Positions 38,147-48,711 of a stretch of DNA of 64,000 nucleotides are shown piece by piece. Source of the DNA: Acidimicrobiia bacterium. Lineage in GTDB: Bacteria > Actinomycetota > Acidimicrobiia > Spongiisociales > UBA4744. The notes under the pieces are model-generated. The model was given only the letters and a program-made list of their open reading frames with translations, had not been told where the DNA came from and searched no databases. The stretch's first letter is position 1. Each line of letters starts with the position of its first letter. Position numbers and translations under genes: made by a program. The stretch lies in the NCBI GenBank assembly GCA_029863625.1, contig JAOTUY010000004.1:3517-67516 (forward strand). The letters are read 5' to 3'.

Positions 38147-38547
38147 CGGCCCGCCTCGCTCCCGCTCCGCGGCAACGACCCCAGATCAGGGTCGTACCCG
38201 GTCGCGGCAGGCAACATCTGCGCATGGCTCCCTGGTTGCTCTTCACGGCTCTCGTCATCTTTGTCTTCTTCGCGCTCATCTATTCGAGGACCACCTTGAG
38301 CGACTCTGCCTTCCGTCTCGATGAAGTCGAATCGCAGATCGCCGAGGAAGAAGTGGCTTATCAACAATTGCGCCTGGAAGTTGCGCGTCTCCAATCACCG
38401 GAGCGAGTCGTTCCGCTCGCCAAGGGAATCGGGCTGGTACTTCCCCACGAAGTCAGGACGGTCGAAGCGGCCGGAGTAGCCGGCTTCGAAGGCGGCGCCG
38501 AGGCACGCTGGGCCGAAGTGAAATCGATTCTTACCGCATCGCCATGA
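38143..38547 (+). CDS. ftsL: Cell division protein FtsL-like
   Basis: Single TM plus coiled coil (L.LEVARLQSPERV), between rsmH and ftsI. Confidence 0.75.
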   Translation: MTARLAPAPRQRPQIRVVPGRGRQHLRMAPWLLFTALVIFVFFALIYSRTTLSDSAFRLDEVESQIAEEEVAYQQLRLEVARLQSPERVVPLAKGIGLVLPHEVRTVEAAGVAGFEGGAEARWAEVKSILTASP

Positions 38548-38622
38548 GGACAACCGGACCGAGCGCTGGCGACCGGAGCCCCACGGGTTACCAAGGACCC
38601 GAAGGAAGAGGCTCGCCCGTCG

Positions 38623-40383
38623 GTGTCCGTCCAGGGGTATAGCGTGGCGGGGCGGCAAATCAGTCGCCGCACTCGGACGGGTGCGACCGACTACCGGCTC
38701 GTTGCTGTAGGCATCGCCCTCATCGTGGCCTGGGTGGCTATCGGTGTTCGACTCTTCCAGGTGCAGGTCGTTCGAGCCGATGAGCTGGCCGCCATGGGGC
38801 TTGATCAACGCCTCACCGTCAAGGAACTAGCCGCGGATCGCGGCAACATCTTCGACCGAGAAGGGCGCGAGCTCGCCATCACGGTGGACGCCACGACGAT
38901 CTACGCCAACCCCCAACAGGTGACAAATCCGGAAGTCACCTCCACCCTCATCGCCGCGGCCCTGGGTCTCGACGCCGACGAGCTCTTCGAGAAGCTCAGC
39001 TCCGACAGGAGTTTCGTTTTCCTGGCTCGCCAGGTCGAATGGCAGCAAGCCGAGCCGGTCACACAGCTCACCCAACCCGGGATTCACTGGTACGCGGAGC
39101 CGAAACGGGTCTATCCCGCCGGAAGTATGGCCGCTCAGGTCGTCGGGTTCGTCAACATCGACAATCAAGGTATCGAAGGGCTCGAGTACGAATATGACGA
39201 AGAGCTGAGCGGATACCCGGGCCGGCTCGAGGCAGAGCAAGATCCCGGCGGCCGCTTGATCACTTTTGGCGAGTACGACGTGGTTGCGGCCATTCCGGGC
39301 AGCGATCTCGTCACGACAATCGACCGAGAGATCCAGTTCGTTGCCGAAGAGGTATGCGAGGACACCATCGCCCGAACGGCGGCGCAGCGCTGCTCCGTTG
39401 TAGTCCTCGACCCTGCGACCGGTGAAGTGCTGGCCATGGTTACGCTGCCGGGGTTCGACCCGGGGAATCGCTCCGGCGCGGATCCCGACCGCTTCCGGAA
39501 CTGGACGGCATTGTCGGTCTTCGAACCGGGTTCGACCCAGAAACTCGTCACCGTGGCGGCAGCGTTAGAAGAGAGTGCGGTCAGCTGGACGACCACCTTT
39601 GAGGTGCCGGATCAGATTGAGATAGTTGACGGCGCTTGTCCTGACAACGAAGAGGTCTATGGCTGTTTCAGTGATATTGCACCACATGAACCTCGCATCA
39701 TGAGTGTCAAGGACATCGTGACACGTTCGTCCAACGTTGGCACGATCCTGATCGGGCGCGAGTTGGGGGAGAAGAACTTGGCCCGGTACCTCGAAGCTTT
39801 CAACTATGGAGCCCCGACCGGCATCGACTTCCCGGGCGAAGCCGCCGGTCAGATCAACCTCGCCAACGGGTGCCAATCCTGCCCGGCGTCGGCGGCAATC
39901 GGTTATAGCGTCTCCGTAACCGAGCTTCAGATGGCGGCCGTCTACGCGACCATCGCCAACGACGGTGTGTGGGTGCAGCCCCACCTCGTCAAAGAGATCG
40001 TCGACGGGACCGGCGTGCGGAGTCCAATCGACCCGAAACGGCGGGAGGTCGTTTCGGCAGAAACCGCTCGCGTTGTTCGCTTGCTCCTCCAAAGCGTCGT
40101 CGAGAGCGACGAAGGCACCGGCCACGGGGCCCGAGTATCCGGGTACAGCGTGGGAGGAAAGACGGGAACGACCCGCAGGTTTGTTGAAGGCGAGGGTTAT
40201 TCGGGCGACTTCGTGGCCAGTTTCATTGGTATGGCGCCCATCGAGAATCCTGAGATCGTCGTGGCGGTTGTTGTCGACGCACCATATTCCGACAACACCG
40301 GCGGTCGAGCAGCCGCCCCGGCGTTTGCGGAGATCGTCGAACGGACCCTGCATCAGATGGGGGTGGCGCCCGATGCTTCCTGA
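38623..40383 (+). CDS. ftsI: Class B penicillin-binding protein
   Basis: RGNIFDR, R.YP.G, G.EG.E, STQK, SSN, KTGT; start codon uncertain. Confidence 0.93.
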   Translation: MSVQGYSVAGRQISRRTRTGATDYRLVAVGIALIVAWVAIGVRLFQVQVVRADELAAMGLDQRLTVKELAADRGNIFDREGRELAITVDATTIYANPQQVTNPEVTSTLIAAALGLDADELFEKLSSDRSFVFLARQVEWQQAEPVTQLTQPGIHWYAEPKRVYPAGSMAAQVVGFVNIDNQGIEGLEYEYDEELSGYPGRLEAEQDPGGRLITFGEYDVVAAIPGSDLVTTIDREIQFVAEEVCEDTIARTAAQRCSVVVLDPATGEVLAMVTLPGFDPGNRSGADPDRFRNWTALSVFEPGSTQKLVTVAAALEESAVSWTTTFEVPDQIEIVDGACPDNEEVYGCFSDIAPHEPRIMSVKDIVTRSSNVGTILIGRELGEKNLARYLEAFNYGAPTGIDFPGEAAGQINLANGCQSCPASAAIGYSVSVTELQMAAVYATIANDGVWVQPHLVKEIVDGTGVRSPIDPKRREVVSAETARVVRLLLQSVVESDEGTGHGARVSGYSVGGKTGTTRRFVEGEGYSGDFVASFIGMAPIENPEIVVAVVVDAPYSDNTGGRAAAPAFAEIVERTLHQMGVAPDAS

Positions 40384-41836
40384 GGTCCGGCTGGCTGAGC
40401 TGGCCGAAGCGGTCGGAGGAGAGGTAATCGGCTCCGACCAGACGCCGATCCTGGACGTTACCCACGATTCACGGCAGGCCGGCCCCGGCGTTCTCTTTGC
40501 CGCCGTGCGGGGGTTCACTTCTGATGGACACGACTTCCTCGCTCAAGCTGTTGCCAACGGGGCTTCGGCGGTTTGCGTGGAAGCTCGCCAGGACCTTGCC
40601 GTACCCCAGTTGGTGGTTGCCGATTGCCGGGCGGCGCTGCCTCGCATGGCCGCCACCGTTCATCATCACCCGTCCCGCCGACTCCGGGTGGTGGGAGTGA
40701 CGGGTACCAACGGGAAGACAACTGTTGCCTACCTGGTGGAATCTATTGCCACGGCGGCGGGTCTCAGAAGCGCAGTGGTCGGCACCATCGGGGCTCGCAT
40801 CGCCGGACGGCCCGTTCCCGTTGGGAGAACGACTCCCGAGGCGACTGATCTCCAACGTTTACTTGCCCGGATGGTTGAAGAGGACGTAGACCTGGCGGCC
40901 GTCGAAGTCTCTTCTCATGCGCTGGCGTTGCACCGGGTCGATGAAGTCGTCTTCGCAGTTTCGGCCTTCACCAACCTCACTCAGGATCATCTCGACTTTC
41001 ACCACAATATGGAAGACTACTTCCGGGCGAAAGCATCACTGTTCCAACCCGGACGCTCCGACCAGGCAGTGATCTGGGTTGATGACCCCTACGGGTCGCA
41101 ACTCGCAGCCGGCCTGGCCATCCCGGTCACCCGGGTCGGTATGAGTCTCGATGCGGACGTGCGGGCTCAAGCGATCGAGGTCACCCCGACCGGTTCCAGA
41201 TTCGAGCTCATCGTTCGGGACGGGTCCTGCCGGGTCGAACTGCCATTGGGAGGAGCCTTCAATATCGAGAACGCCCTGATAGCCGGTGCCTGCGCCGCGG
41301 CGCTCGGGCTGACACTCGATGACATCGATCGGGGCTTTCGCAGCGTAGCGCAAATCCCGGGTCGCTTTGAGAAGATTGACGCCGGCCAAGAGTTTGCCGT
41401 CATTGTCGATTACGCCCACACCCCGGAGGGCATTGCCGCGGTAGTAGCGGCGGCCCGGAGCGTGTCGCACGGGAACGTGATTGTGGTAATTGGTGCGGGC
41501 GGGGACCGAGACCGTCTCAAGAGACCCCGAATGGGCGAAGCAGCCCGGCAGGCCGATGTCGCCATCATCACGTCGGACAATCCGCGATCGGAAGACCCTC
41601 TGGCCATCATCGACGAGCTGGTCGCAGGGACGGGGAAGGGGAATGGCGCGGTGCAGGTCGTGCCCGATCGGCGGTTGGCCATTCGCACCGCATTACGGAT
41701 GGCGTCTACCGACGATGTGGTCCTGATCCTCGGGAAGGGTCACGAGCAAGGTCAGGAAGTGTCCGGTCGGGTCCAGCCTTTCGACGATCGAGTGGTGGCG
41801 GGGGAGGAATTGGCCGGTCTGGAGGTGGCCCCATGA
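40373..41836 (+). CDS. murE: UDP-MurNAc-dipeptide:meso-DAP ligase
   Basis: GTNGKTT, TTPE, EVSSH, DHLDFH, DYAHTP; DNPR is the DAP-type motif. Confidence 0.96.
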   Translation: MLPEVRLAELAEAVGGEVIGSDQTPILDVTHDSRQAGPGVLFAAVRGFTSDGHDFLAQAVANGASAVCVEARQDLAVPQLVVADCRAALPRMAATVHHHPSRRLRVVGVTGTNGKTTVAYLVESIATAAGLRSAVVGTIGARIAGRPVPVGRTTPEATDLQRLLARMVEEDVDLAAVEVSSHALALHRVDEVVFAVSAFTNLTQDHLDFHHNMEDYFRAKASLFQPGRSDQAVIWVDDPYGSQLAAGLAIPVTRVGMSLDADVRAQAIEVTPTGSRFELIVRDGSCRVELPLGGAFNIENALIAGACAAALGLTLDDIDRGFRSVAQIPGRFEKIDAGQEFAVIVDYAHTPEGIAAVVAAARSVSHGNVIVVIGAGGDRDRLKRPRMGEAARQADVAIITSDNPRSEDPLAIIDELVAGTGKGNGAVQVVPDRRLAIRTALRMASTDDVVLILGKGHEQGQEVSGRVQPFDDRVVAGEELAGLEVAP

Positions 41837-42897
41837 TTCCGATGCTCGTCGCGGCAGCCGTGGCCTTCTTGCTGGCCATCCTGGCGACGCCCTCGGCGAT
41901 TCGGTTCCTCCGAAGACGGAACGTTGGGCAATTCATTCAGCAGGAGGTCGAGGGACATTCCCACAAGCATGGGACTCCCACCATGGGTGGGGTCGTCATA
42001 CTCTGCGCGGCGCTGGCCGGTTACCTGTTGGCCCACATTCGGGTATGGAGTCCCACGGAAGGTTTCGAGGTGGGAATCCGCACCTTCTCCGGTGGCGGCC
42101 TGCTCGTTGTGGGGGCGGTGCTCGGCTTGGGTCTGATCGGCTTCTTGGACGACTATCTCAAAGTAACCAGAGAGCGAAACTTGGGCCTGAACAAGCGCGC
42201 CAAGATCGCCGGGCAGATCATCATTGCCGGGCTCTTCGCCTGGGGAGCGAACTCGCTTGGGGTTTCGACGGAGATCGGTTTCGCTCGCTCGCTCGGCATC
42301 GATCTCGGGGTCTTCTATCCCCTCTGGGTGTTCCTGATGCTCGCCGCGGCCGCTAACGCGGTCAATATCACCGACGGTCTCGACGGCCTGGCCGCCGGCT
42401 CGAGTGCCCTCGTCTACGGCGCCTTCATGATCATGATGTTCTGGATCTTCAGAAACGTTGAGTTCTATGGCGAATTCACCTCACAACAACTTGGGGCAGG
42501 CGAGCTGGCGGTGGTGGCAGCCGCCTTCCTGGGGGCAACACTCGGGTTCCTCTGGTGGAACGCCGCTCCCGCCAGGTTGTTCATGGGGGACGTTGGCTCC
42601 CAAGCTCTGGGTGGCGGTATGGCCGCGTTGGCTCTCCTGTCCAAGACCGATCTTTTGCTGGTCGTGCTTGGCGGTCTCTATGTGCTGGAAACGAGCGCGG
42701 TCATCATGCAGATCGTCAGCTTTCGCTTCTTTGGAAAACGCATCTTCCGTATGGCTCCGATTCATCACCACTTCGAGTTATTGGGTTGGCACGAGACGAC
42801 GATCGTCATTCGTTTCTTCATTCTGGCGGGGATCGGTGTTGCACTTGGACTAGGGCTGTTCTACGGCGACTTCATCGCCGGCGGAGGTCTGCAATGA
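41833..42897 (+). CDS. mraY: Phospho-MurNAc-pentapeptide transferase
   Basis: GTPTMGG, DDYLK, NITDGLDGL, FMGDVG, MAPIHHHFE. Confidence 0.97.
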   Translation: MIPMLVAAAVAFLLAILATPSAIRFLRRRNVGQFIQQEVEGHSHKHGTPTMGGVVILCAALAGYLLAHIRVWSPTEGFEVGIRTFSGGGLLVVGAVLGLGLIGFLDDYLKVTRERNLGLNKRAKIAGQIIIAGLFAWGANSLGVSTEIGFARSLGIDLGVFYPLWVFLMLAAAANAVNITDGLDGLAAGSSALVYGAFMIMMFWIFRNVEFYGEFTSQQLGAGELAVVAAAFLGATLGFLWWNAAPARLFMGDVGSQALGGGMAALALLSKTDLLLVVLGGLYVLETSAVIMQIVSFRFFGKRIFRMAPIHHHFELLGWHETTIVIRFFILAGIGVALGLGLFYGDFIAGGGLQ

Positions 42898-44189
42898 AGT
42901 CCCTCGTACTCGGTGGGGCCGTCTCAGGGAGGGCAGCCGCCCTCCTGGCCCGTCGTCTCGGTCACTCCGTGATGGTCTTCGACCAGGATCCGGTTGTGCT
43001 GGCCAAACTGCGAGGAGACCGTCTTTCCGTGACCACCGGCACATGGACGCCGACGCTCCTCTCCGGCGTCGACTTGGTCATAACCAGTCCGGGGTTCAGC
43101 GAAACATCAGAACCGATCAGCGACATTCGGGCGGCCGGAATCCCGTTGTGGAGTGAACTCGAATTCGCCTCTCGACAGCTCTCGGCTCCGGTCATCGCGG
43201 TGACCGGGACCAATGGCAAGACCACCGTTACCCGTTTGATCGCCGACATGCTGGCCGAAAGTGGGCTGGCGACGGTGGCGGCCGGGAACATCGGCAGGCC
43301 TCTGGCCGATGTTGTCGATGAAGACCTCGATATCGCAGTAGTCGAAACCTCGAGTTTTCAGCTTCGATTCATCGACCAATTCCATCCTGCTACGGCGTTG
43401 ATCCTCAACGTTGCTCCCGACCACCTCGATTGGCACGGATCCTTTGACGCCTACCTGGCTGCCAAAGCGATGATCCACTGCAACCAGACCCCGGATGATC
43501 TTCTGGTTTACGACGCTGATGACGCCGGATCCGTCGCGGCCGTTCGCAACGCCCCCTCCCGGTTGGTGCCGGTGAGCGGGACGCGGCGCCCTGAGGGAGG
43601 CGCGGGAGTGGTCGCCGACAAACTCGACCTTGGCGACCTCGTCGTTTCGCTCGCCCGGATTCCTATTGCCGATCCCGCGTTCTTCGTTGACCTGGCGTCC
43701 GCCGGGGTCGCGGCCCTCGCTCACGGTGCCGGGCCGGCAGCAGTCGAACAGGTCATCACCACGTTTCGTCCCGACCCGCACCGTCGCACGCTCGTGGGGC
43801 GTTGGCAGGATGTCGACTGGGTGGACGATTCCAAGGCAACCAACCCCCACGCGGCAGTGGCAGCCGCTTCTGCATATTCCTCCGTGGTCCTGATCGCTGG
43901 TGGTCGAAACAAGGGCCTCGACCTGGCCGACCTGATGGCGGTGTCGACGATCAAGCATGTGATCGCAATGGGCGAGGCCGCTGTCGAACTCGAGGATGCG
44001 GCGGGCGGCACTCCGATCGATCGAGCCGAGACGATGCAGGAGGCGGTTGACATCGCCGACCGAATCGCGCGGCCGGGCGACACAGTGCTGCTCGCCCCTG
44101 GTTGCGCCAGTTTCGACATGTTCCGCTCGTACGCGGAACGAGGAAACAGCTTTGCGGACGCGGTCCGCTACCGGAAAGAGGGACCATGA
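42894..44189 (+). CDS. murD: UDP-MurNAc-L-Ala:D-Glu ligase
   Basis: GTNGKTT, GNIG, SSFQL, DHLDWH, DDSKATN, PGCASFD. Confidence 0.95.
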   Translation: MKSLVLGGAVSGRAAALLARRLGHSVMVFDQDPVVLAKLRGDRLSVTTGTWTPTLLSGVDLVITSPGFSETSEPISDIRAAGIPLWSELEFASRQLSAPVIAVTGTNGKTTVTRLIADMLAESGLATVAAGNIGRPLADVVDEDLDIAVVETSSFQLRFIDQFHPATALILNVAPDHLDWHGSFDAYLAAKAMIHCNQTPDDLLVYDADDAGSVAAVRNAPSRLVPVSGTRRPEGGAGVVADKLDLGDLVVSLARIPIADPAFFVDLASAGVAALAHGAGPAAVEQVITTFRPDPHRRTLVGRWQDVDWVDDSKATNPHAAVAAASAYSSVVLIAGGRNKGLDLADLMAVSTIKHVIAMGEAAVELEDAAGGTPIDRAETMQEAVDIADRIARPGDTVLLAPGCASFDMFRSYAERGNSFADAVRYRKEGP

Positions 44190-45358
44190 CCGCCGGTGTC
44201 ACATCGATAACCCGGGCCAGGGCTGCAGCCAGGAGCAAGGCAGAGAGAGGCACCACCAATGCCCGGATCTCCGCCCTGCTGCTGGCACCTATCGCCATTC
44301 TGACCGTCATCGGCCTTGGGGCCACGATGTCGGCCTCGGCGATCATCGGGCTGGAGAAGTACGACGACAAGTTCTACTTCTTCACGAATCAGCTCCTGTG
44401 GGTAGGCATCGGTACCGTCGTTCTGGTGCTGGCAACCAGGGTGCGCTACCAGTGGTACCGGCGTTTCGCCATTCCGATCTTCATCCTCTCGGTGTTTGGC
44501 CTCGTCGCCGTCCTGCAAATCGGAGTGGTTCGGGGAGGGAGCCGCCGATGGATTGAGATGGGGTCGTTCGGCAGCATCCAGCCTTCCGAGTTCGCCAAGT
44601 TCGGCGTCATCGTCTTTCTGGCCATGGTCATGGAGAAGAAGGAGAAGCTGCTCACCGACTTCTGGCATTTCCTGGTCCCGGTGGCCGTCTCGCTCGGCCT
44701 GATCGGTGTGTTGATCCTCAGGCAACCGGACCTCGGGACGACGGTGGTCGTCTTTGGGGCGGCTATCACCGTGCTCGCGGTATCAGCCGCGCCGATGCGG
44801 TACGTCATCGCGACATCGGTGGCCGGATCGGCGCTCGGAGCACTGCTGGCCTTTGCCGAACCGTATCGCCGTGAGCGGCTGTTGTCTTTCCTCGACCCCT
44901 TCAACGACAAGCTGGGAAACGGCTGGCAGGTCGTGCAGAGCCAACTGGCCCTTGGAACCGGGGGTGTCTTCGGCGTCGGGCTGGGCGCCAGCCGGGCCCG
45001 TTGGTCGTACCTTCCGAACGCCCACACAGACTTCATCTTTGCCATTATCGGCGAAGAAACCGGGTTCGCGGGAGGCTTGATCGTGCTGGTCCTGTTTACG
45101 TGGCTGACCTTGGTTGGGATTTCAATCTCCTATCGGGCCCCCGATCGGTTCAGTCGGATGCTGGCCGCCGGGTTAGTTGCCTGGTTGTCACTCCAGGCCC
45201 TCGTCAACATCGGTGCGGTGATCGGCGCACTTCCGGTCACCGGAATGCCACTTCCATTCGTGTCGTATGGCGGCAGTGCCTTGCTGACGGTCATGGGTGC
45301 GGCCGGGATCCTGGTCAACATTGCCCGACAGGGTGGACCTCGGGCGCGGCGTCGATGA
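44186..45358 (+). CDS. ftsW: SEDS peptidoglycan polymerase FtsW
   Basis: IQPSEFAK, QPDLGT, HTDFIFAIIGEE, PFVSYGGS. Confidence 0.96.
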   Translation: MTAGVTSITRARAAARSKAERGTTNARISALLLAPIAILTVIGLGATMSASAIIGLEKYDDKFYFFTNQLLWVGIGTVVLVLATRVRYQWYRRFAIPIFILSVFGLVAVLQIGVVRGGSRRWIEMGSFGSIQPSEFAKFGVIVFLAMVMEKKEKLLTDFWHFLVPVAVSLGLIGVLILRQPDLGTTVVVFGAAITVLAVSAAPMRYVIATSVAGSALGALLAFAEPYRRERLLSFLDPFNDKLGNGWQVVQSQLALGTGGVFGVGLGASRARWSYLPNAHTDFIFAIIGEETGFAGGLIVLVLFTWLTLVGISISYRAPDRFSRMLAAGLVAWLSLQALVNIGAVIGALPVTGMPLPFVSYGGSALLTVMGAAGILVNIARQGGPRARRR

Positions 45359-46431
45359 CCTACGCGATCGCGGCTGCAGGTACCGGGGGACACGTGTTTC
45401 CGGCCCTGGCAGTCGCTGAAGCGCTCCTCACAAGAGGGGTGGCGCGATCCGACGTTGTGTTCTTCGGCGGTGACCGGTTGGAGGCAACGGTGTACCCGGC
45501 AGAAGGTTTTCCATTCGTGCAGCTCAACCTGCAGAGCTTGCGGCGAAGTCTTTCGCCCCGCAACCTCTCCTTGCCTCTGGTGTTATCCAGAGGGGCTCGG
45601 CAGGTTCAGCGGGACATGACCGGCCGCGGGGTGAGAGTGGTCCTCGGAATGGGCAGTTATGTCACGGTGCCGGTCGGGTGGGCGGCCCGGCGAGCGGGAA
45701 TACCCCTTTTCCTCCACGAACAGAATGCTGAAGCCGGGCTGGCCAATCGGTTTTTTTCGAGACTGGCCGAGACAACCTTCGTATCGTTCGCCGAGACCCG
45801 CGGCGTTCACCGACAGATGCTGATCGGCAACCCGATCAGGGAGAACCTGGCCGGATTCGCTCGACCGCAACTCCGGCGACAGGCGATGGACCGGTATGGA
45901 CTCTCACCGGGTCCCTTGGTGATAGGCGTCTTCGGTGGGAGCCTTGGAGCCGGAGTCATCAATCAGGCAATCACTTCCCTCGTGCAGCAGTGGGCCGGAC
46001 CACCGATCCAGATCCTTCATCTGGCAGGTCGGGCCCACGAAGACGACATGCGCGCGACTTCCCAGCACACCGCTGTACCGTGGACCGTTCTCGGATTTGA
46101 AGAAGAGATGCAGTATTTCTACGCAGCATGCGACATCGTGATCGCCCGGTCGGGCGGGGCGGTTGCCGAGATCGCCGTCACGGGGACTCCGGCGGTGCTC
46201 GTACCCGGCACGTTCGGTGGCGGGCACCAGGCCACCAATGCCACCAGGTTTGAGAGCGCCGGGGCGGCTGTGGTAGTCACGGAAAACCGACTCGGTGCCC
46301 TTCCACAGATCCTGGAACCCCTGGTTGTAGATTCACGGTTGCGCCTCAACATGGCCGAAAGCCTCAAGGAACTAGCTCATCCCAACGCTGCGGCCGACCT
46401 CGCACGAGAGCTCCAGGATGCCCATGGTTGA
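45355..46431 (+). CDS. murG: Lipid II N-acetylglucosaminyltransferase
   Basis: GTGGHVFP, HEQN, GNPIR, GGSLGA, RSG, HQ..NA. Confidence 0.95.
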   Translation: MTYAIAAAGTGGHVFPALAVAEALLTRGVARSDVVFFGGDRLEATVYPAEGFPFVQLNLQSLRRSLSPRNLSLPLVLSRGARQVQRDMTGRGVRVVLGMGSYVTVPVGWAARRAGIPLFLHEQNAEAGLANRFFSRLAETTFVSFAETRGVHRQMLIGNPIRENLAGFARPQLRRQAMDRYGLSPGPLVIGVFGGSLGAGVINQAITSLVQQWAGPPIQILHLAGRAHEDDMRATSQHTAVPWTVLGFEEEMQYFYAACDIVIARSGGAVAEIAVTGTPAVLVPGTFGGGHQATNATRFESAGAAVVVTENRLGALPQILEPLVVDSRLRLNMAESLKELAHPNAAADLARELQDAHG

Positions 46432-47794
46432 TTTCGGATCTACGCTGAAGATTCACGTCGTCGGCGCCGGCGGCGTCGGCATGAGTGGCCTTGCCAAGCT
46501 CCTCTCGCAGATGGGGCACTCGCTGACCGGGTCGGACCTCAAGATGAGCCCGACTTTGGCGAGTCTGGCCGATCTCGGTATGGAGGTGTGGTCGGGCAGC
46601 CGTCCTGCGGCCATGCTGGGTTTAGATCTGGTTGTGGCATCGTCGGCGATTCCCGCCACCGACCCCGAGGTTGTCGCGGCCCGGGAGTACGGCATCGACG
46701 TATGGGAGCGACCCCGGTTGTTGACCGAATTGACGGCCCGGCTGCCCACCATTGGGGCGACTGGTACTCACGGAAAAACGACCAGTACGGCGATGCTCAT
46801 CGCCGCGTTGCGCGCCACCGGGCTCGACCCTTCTTTTGTCGTTGGAGGGGAGGTCACCGATCTGCGAGCCAACGCATCGCTTGGTGAGGATGACCTCCTC
46901 GTGCTCGAAGTCGATGAGGCATTTGGAACCTTCCTCGACCTGAGCATCAAAGGGTTGATGGTAACGAACGTCGAGCCCGACCACCTTGACTACTACCACA
47001 GCGTGGATCGCCTCGAAGATGCTTTTGTCGAAGTCGTGCGGTCGGTCGACGGGCCGGTGGTAGTCGGGGTCGACGACCCGGGGGGCAGGCGCCTGGCGGA
47101 ACGTACGAGCAAGACGACCTATGGAACCTCCGCCGATGCAGATTGGCGGATGATCGATGTCACCCAGGGCCAGGCATCGATTGGGTTCAGGCTGGTCGGT
47201 TCAGGGCGGACTCACCGGGTGACGGTGGCCCGCCCCGGCCTCCATATTGCCCGAGATGCTGGAGGAGTTCTGGCGCTACTTGGTGAGCTCGGTTATGACC
47301 TCGAGGCAGCTGTCGATGGTTTGCGGTCGTTCACCGGGGTGCGGCGGCGATTCGAGGTGCGCGGTCGGGTGGCCGGGATCACGATCATCGATGATTATGC
47401 CCACCATCCCACCGAGATCGCCGCCACCCTTCAGGCAGTCAGGCAGGGGTCGTGGAAGAGGGTGTGGGCCGTGTTCCAACCGCATCGCTACTCGCGAACG
47501 CTTGAGCTCTACCAGGAGTTCGGCGGGGCATTTACCGGTGCGGATCATGTGGTCGTCACCGACGTCTACGCAGCAGGCGAAACCCCCGAACCGGGAGTGA
47601 CCGGAGCTCTGGTTGCTGATGCCGTTACCGCCCAAACTGAAGCGGATGTGCATTTCGTCCAGCACCGGGCGGACCTCGCCGACTACCTGGCGGATCGATT
47701 AGAACCCGGGGATCTCGTTTTGACACTTGGCGCCGGTGACATTACGACACTGGCGGGCGAATTGGCACCTCTCCTGGAGAAACGCCGCGTATGA
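46418..47794 (+). CDS. murC: UDP-MurNAc:L-Ala ligase
   Basis: GAGGVGMSGLA, GTHGKTT, DHLD, DDYAHHPTE, FQPHRYSR. Confidence 0.96.
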   Translation: MPMVDFGSTLKIHVVGAGGVGMSGLAKLLSQMGHSLTGSDLKMSPTLASLADLGMEVWSGSRPAAMLGLDLVVASSAIPATDPEVVAAREYGIDVWERPRLLTELTARLPTIGATGTHGKTTSTAMLIAALRATGLDPSFVVGGEVTDLRANASLGEDDLLVLEVDEAFGTFLDLSIKGLMVTNVEPDHLDYYHSVDRLEDAFVEVVRSVDGPVVVGVDDPGGRRLAERTSKTTYGTSADADWRMIDVTQGQASIGFRLVGSGRTHRVTVARPGLHIARDAGGVLALLGELGYDLEAAVDGLRSFTGVRRRFEVRGRVAGITIIDDYAHHPTEIAATLQAVRQGSWKRVWAVFQPHRYSRTLELYQEFGGAFTGADHVVVTDVYAAGETPEPGVTGALVADAVTAQTEADVHFVQHRADLADYLADRLEPGDLVLTLGAGDITTLAGELAPLLEKRRV

Positions 47795-48711
47795 CGACGC
47801 TCGATGATCTCGTCGCATCGGGGGGACTTCGCTCCTCGGTATCCATTACGGGCTTGACGACCTACAAGCTTGGCGGCCCGGCCCGCTACTACCTCGAGGC
47901 GGAGGACGAAGCGCAATTGGTTTCGATCGGTGAAGCTCTCGAGGACGAACCCGTGCTCGTTCTCGGGCGCGGCAGCAATCTCATTGTCAGCGACGACGGT
48001 TTCCCGGGCCTGGTGGTGCACCTTGGGGCGGGTTTTGTGAGGACCGACCTCGACGAACACGGAACAGTCACATCAGGCGCGGCTACCTCGTTGCCCGCCT
48101 TGGCCCGTACCTGCGCCCGGGCAGGCCGTGGTGGCTTGGAGTTCTTCATCGGAATACCGGGCTCCGTCGGTGGAGGGGTGAGGATGAACGCAGGTTGCCA
48201 CGGGTCCGAAACCAAAGACCGGCTGGAATCTGCCCGTGTGATCGACTTGCGTCGAGGTGAGGTGGGGGATCGTAAACCCGACGACCTGCAGATGACGTAT
48301 CGCCATACCAACCTGCGAGCTGATGAGATTGTCATCTCGGCCGTCTTTTCATCGGAGCTTCGGGAACCGGCTGAGATTGAAGAGACCATGCGCGAGATCA
48401 CCCGGTGGCGACGAGAGCATCAACCCGGCGGTACCTTCAATGCCGGGAGTGTCTTCAAGAATCCACCGGGCGATTCGGCCGGCCGCATCATCGACAGCCT
48501 CGGGCTCAAGGGCACGCGCATCGGTGGCGCGCACGTATCCAGCAAACATGCCAACTTCTTTATTGCTGATGACGGGGTATGTGCCCAGGATGTGTACGAC
48601 CTCGTCTGGGCGGTTCGTCGCCGGGTCGGGATCGAACTCGATATCTGGTTACAGCCGGAAGTCCAGTTCGCCGGAAGTTTCCGTCCCTCGCCGGACGAGG
48701 GGGCGCGATGA
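47791..48711 (+). CDS. murB: UDP-N-acetylenolpyruvoylglucosamine reductase
   Basis: GGPA, GRGSN, GIPGSVGG..MNAG, GSVFKNP, KHANF. Confidence 0.95.
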   Translation: MTTLDDLVASGGLRSSVSITGLTTYKLGGPARYYLEAEDEAQLVSIGEALEDEPVLVLGRGSNLIVSDDGFPGLVVHLGAGFVRTDLDEHGTVTSGAATSLPALARTCARAGRGGLEFFIGIPGSVGGGVRMNAGCHGSETKDRLESARVIDLRRGEVGDRKPDDLQMTYRHTNLRADEIVISAVFSSELREPAEIEETMREITRWRREHQPGGTFNAGSVFKNPPGDSAGRIIDSLGLKGTRIGGAHVSSKHANFFIADDGVCAQDVYDLVWAVRRRVGIELDIWLQPEVQFAGSFRPSPDEGAR

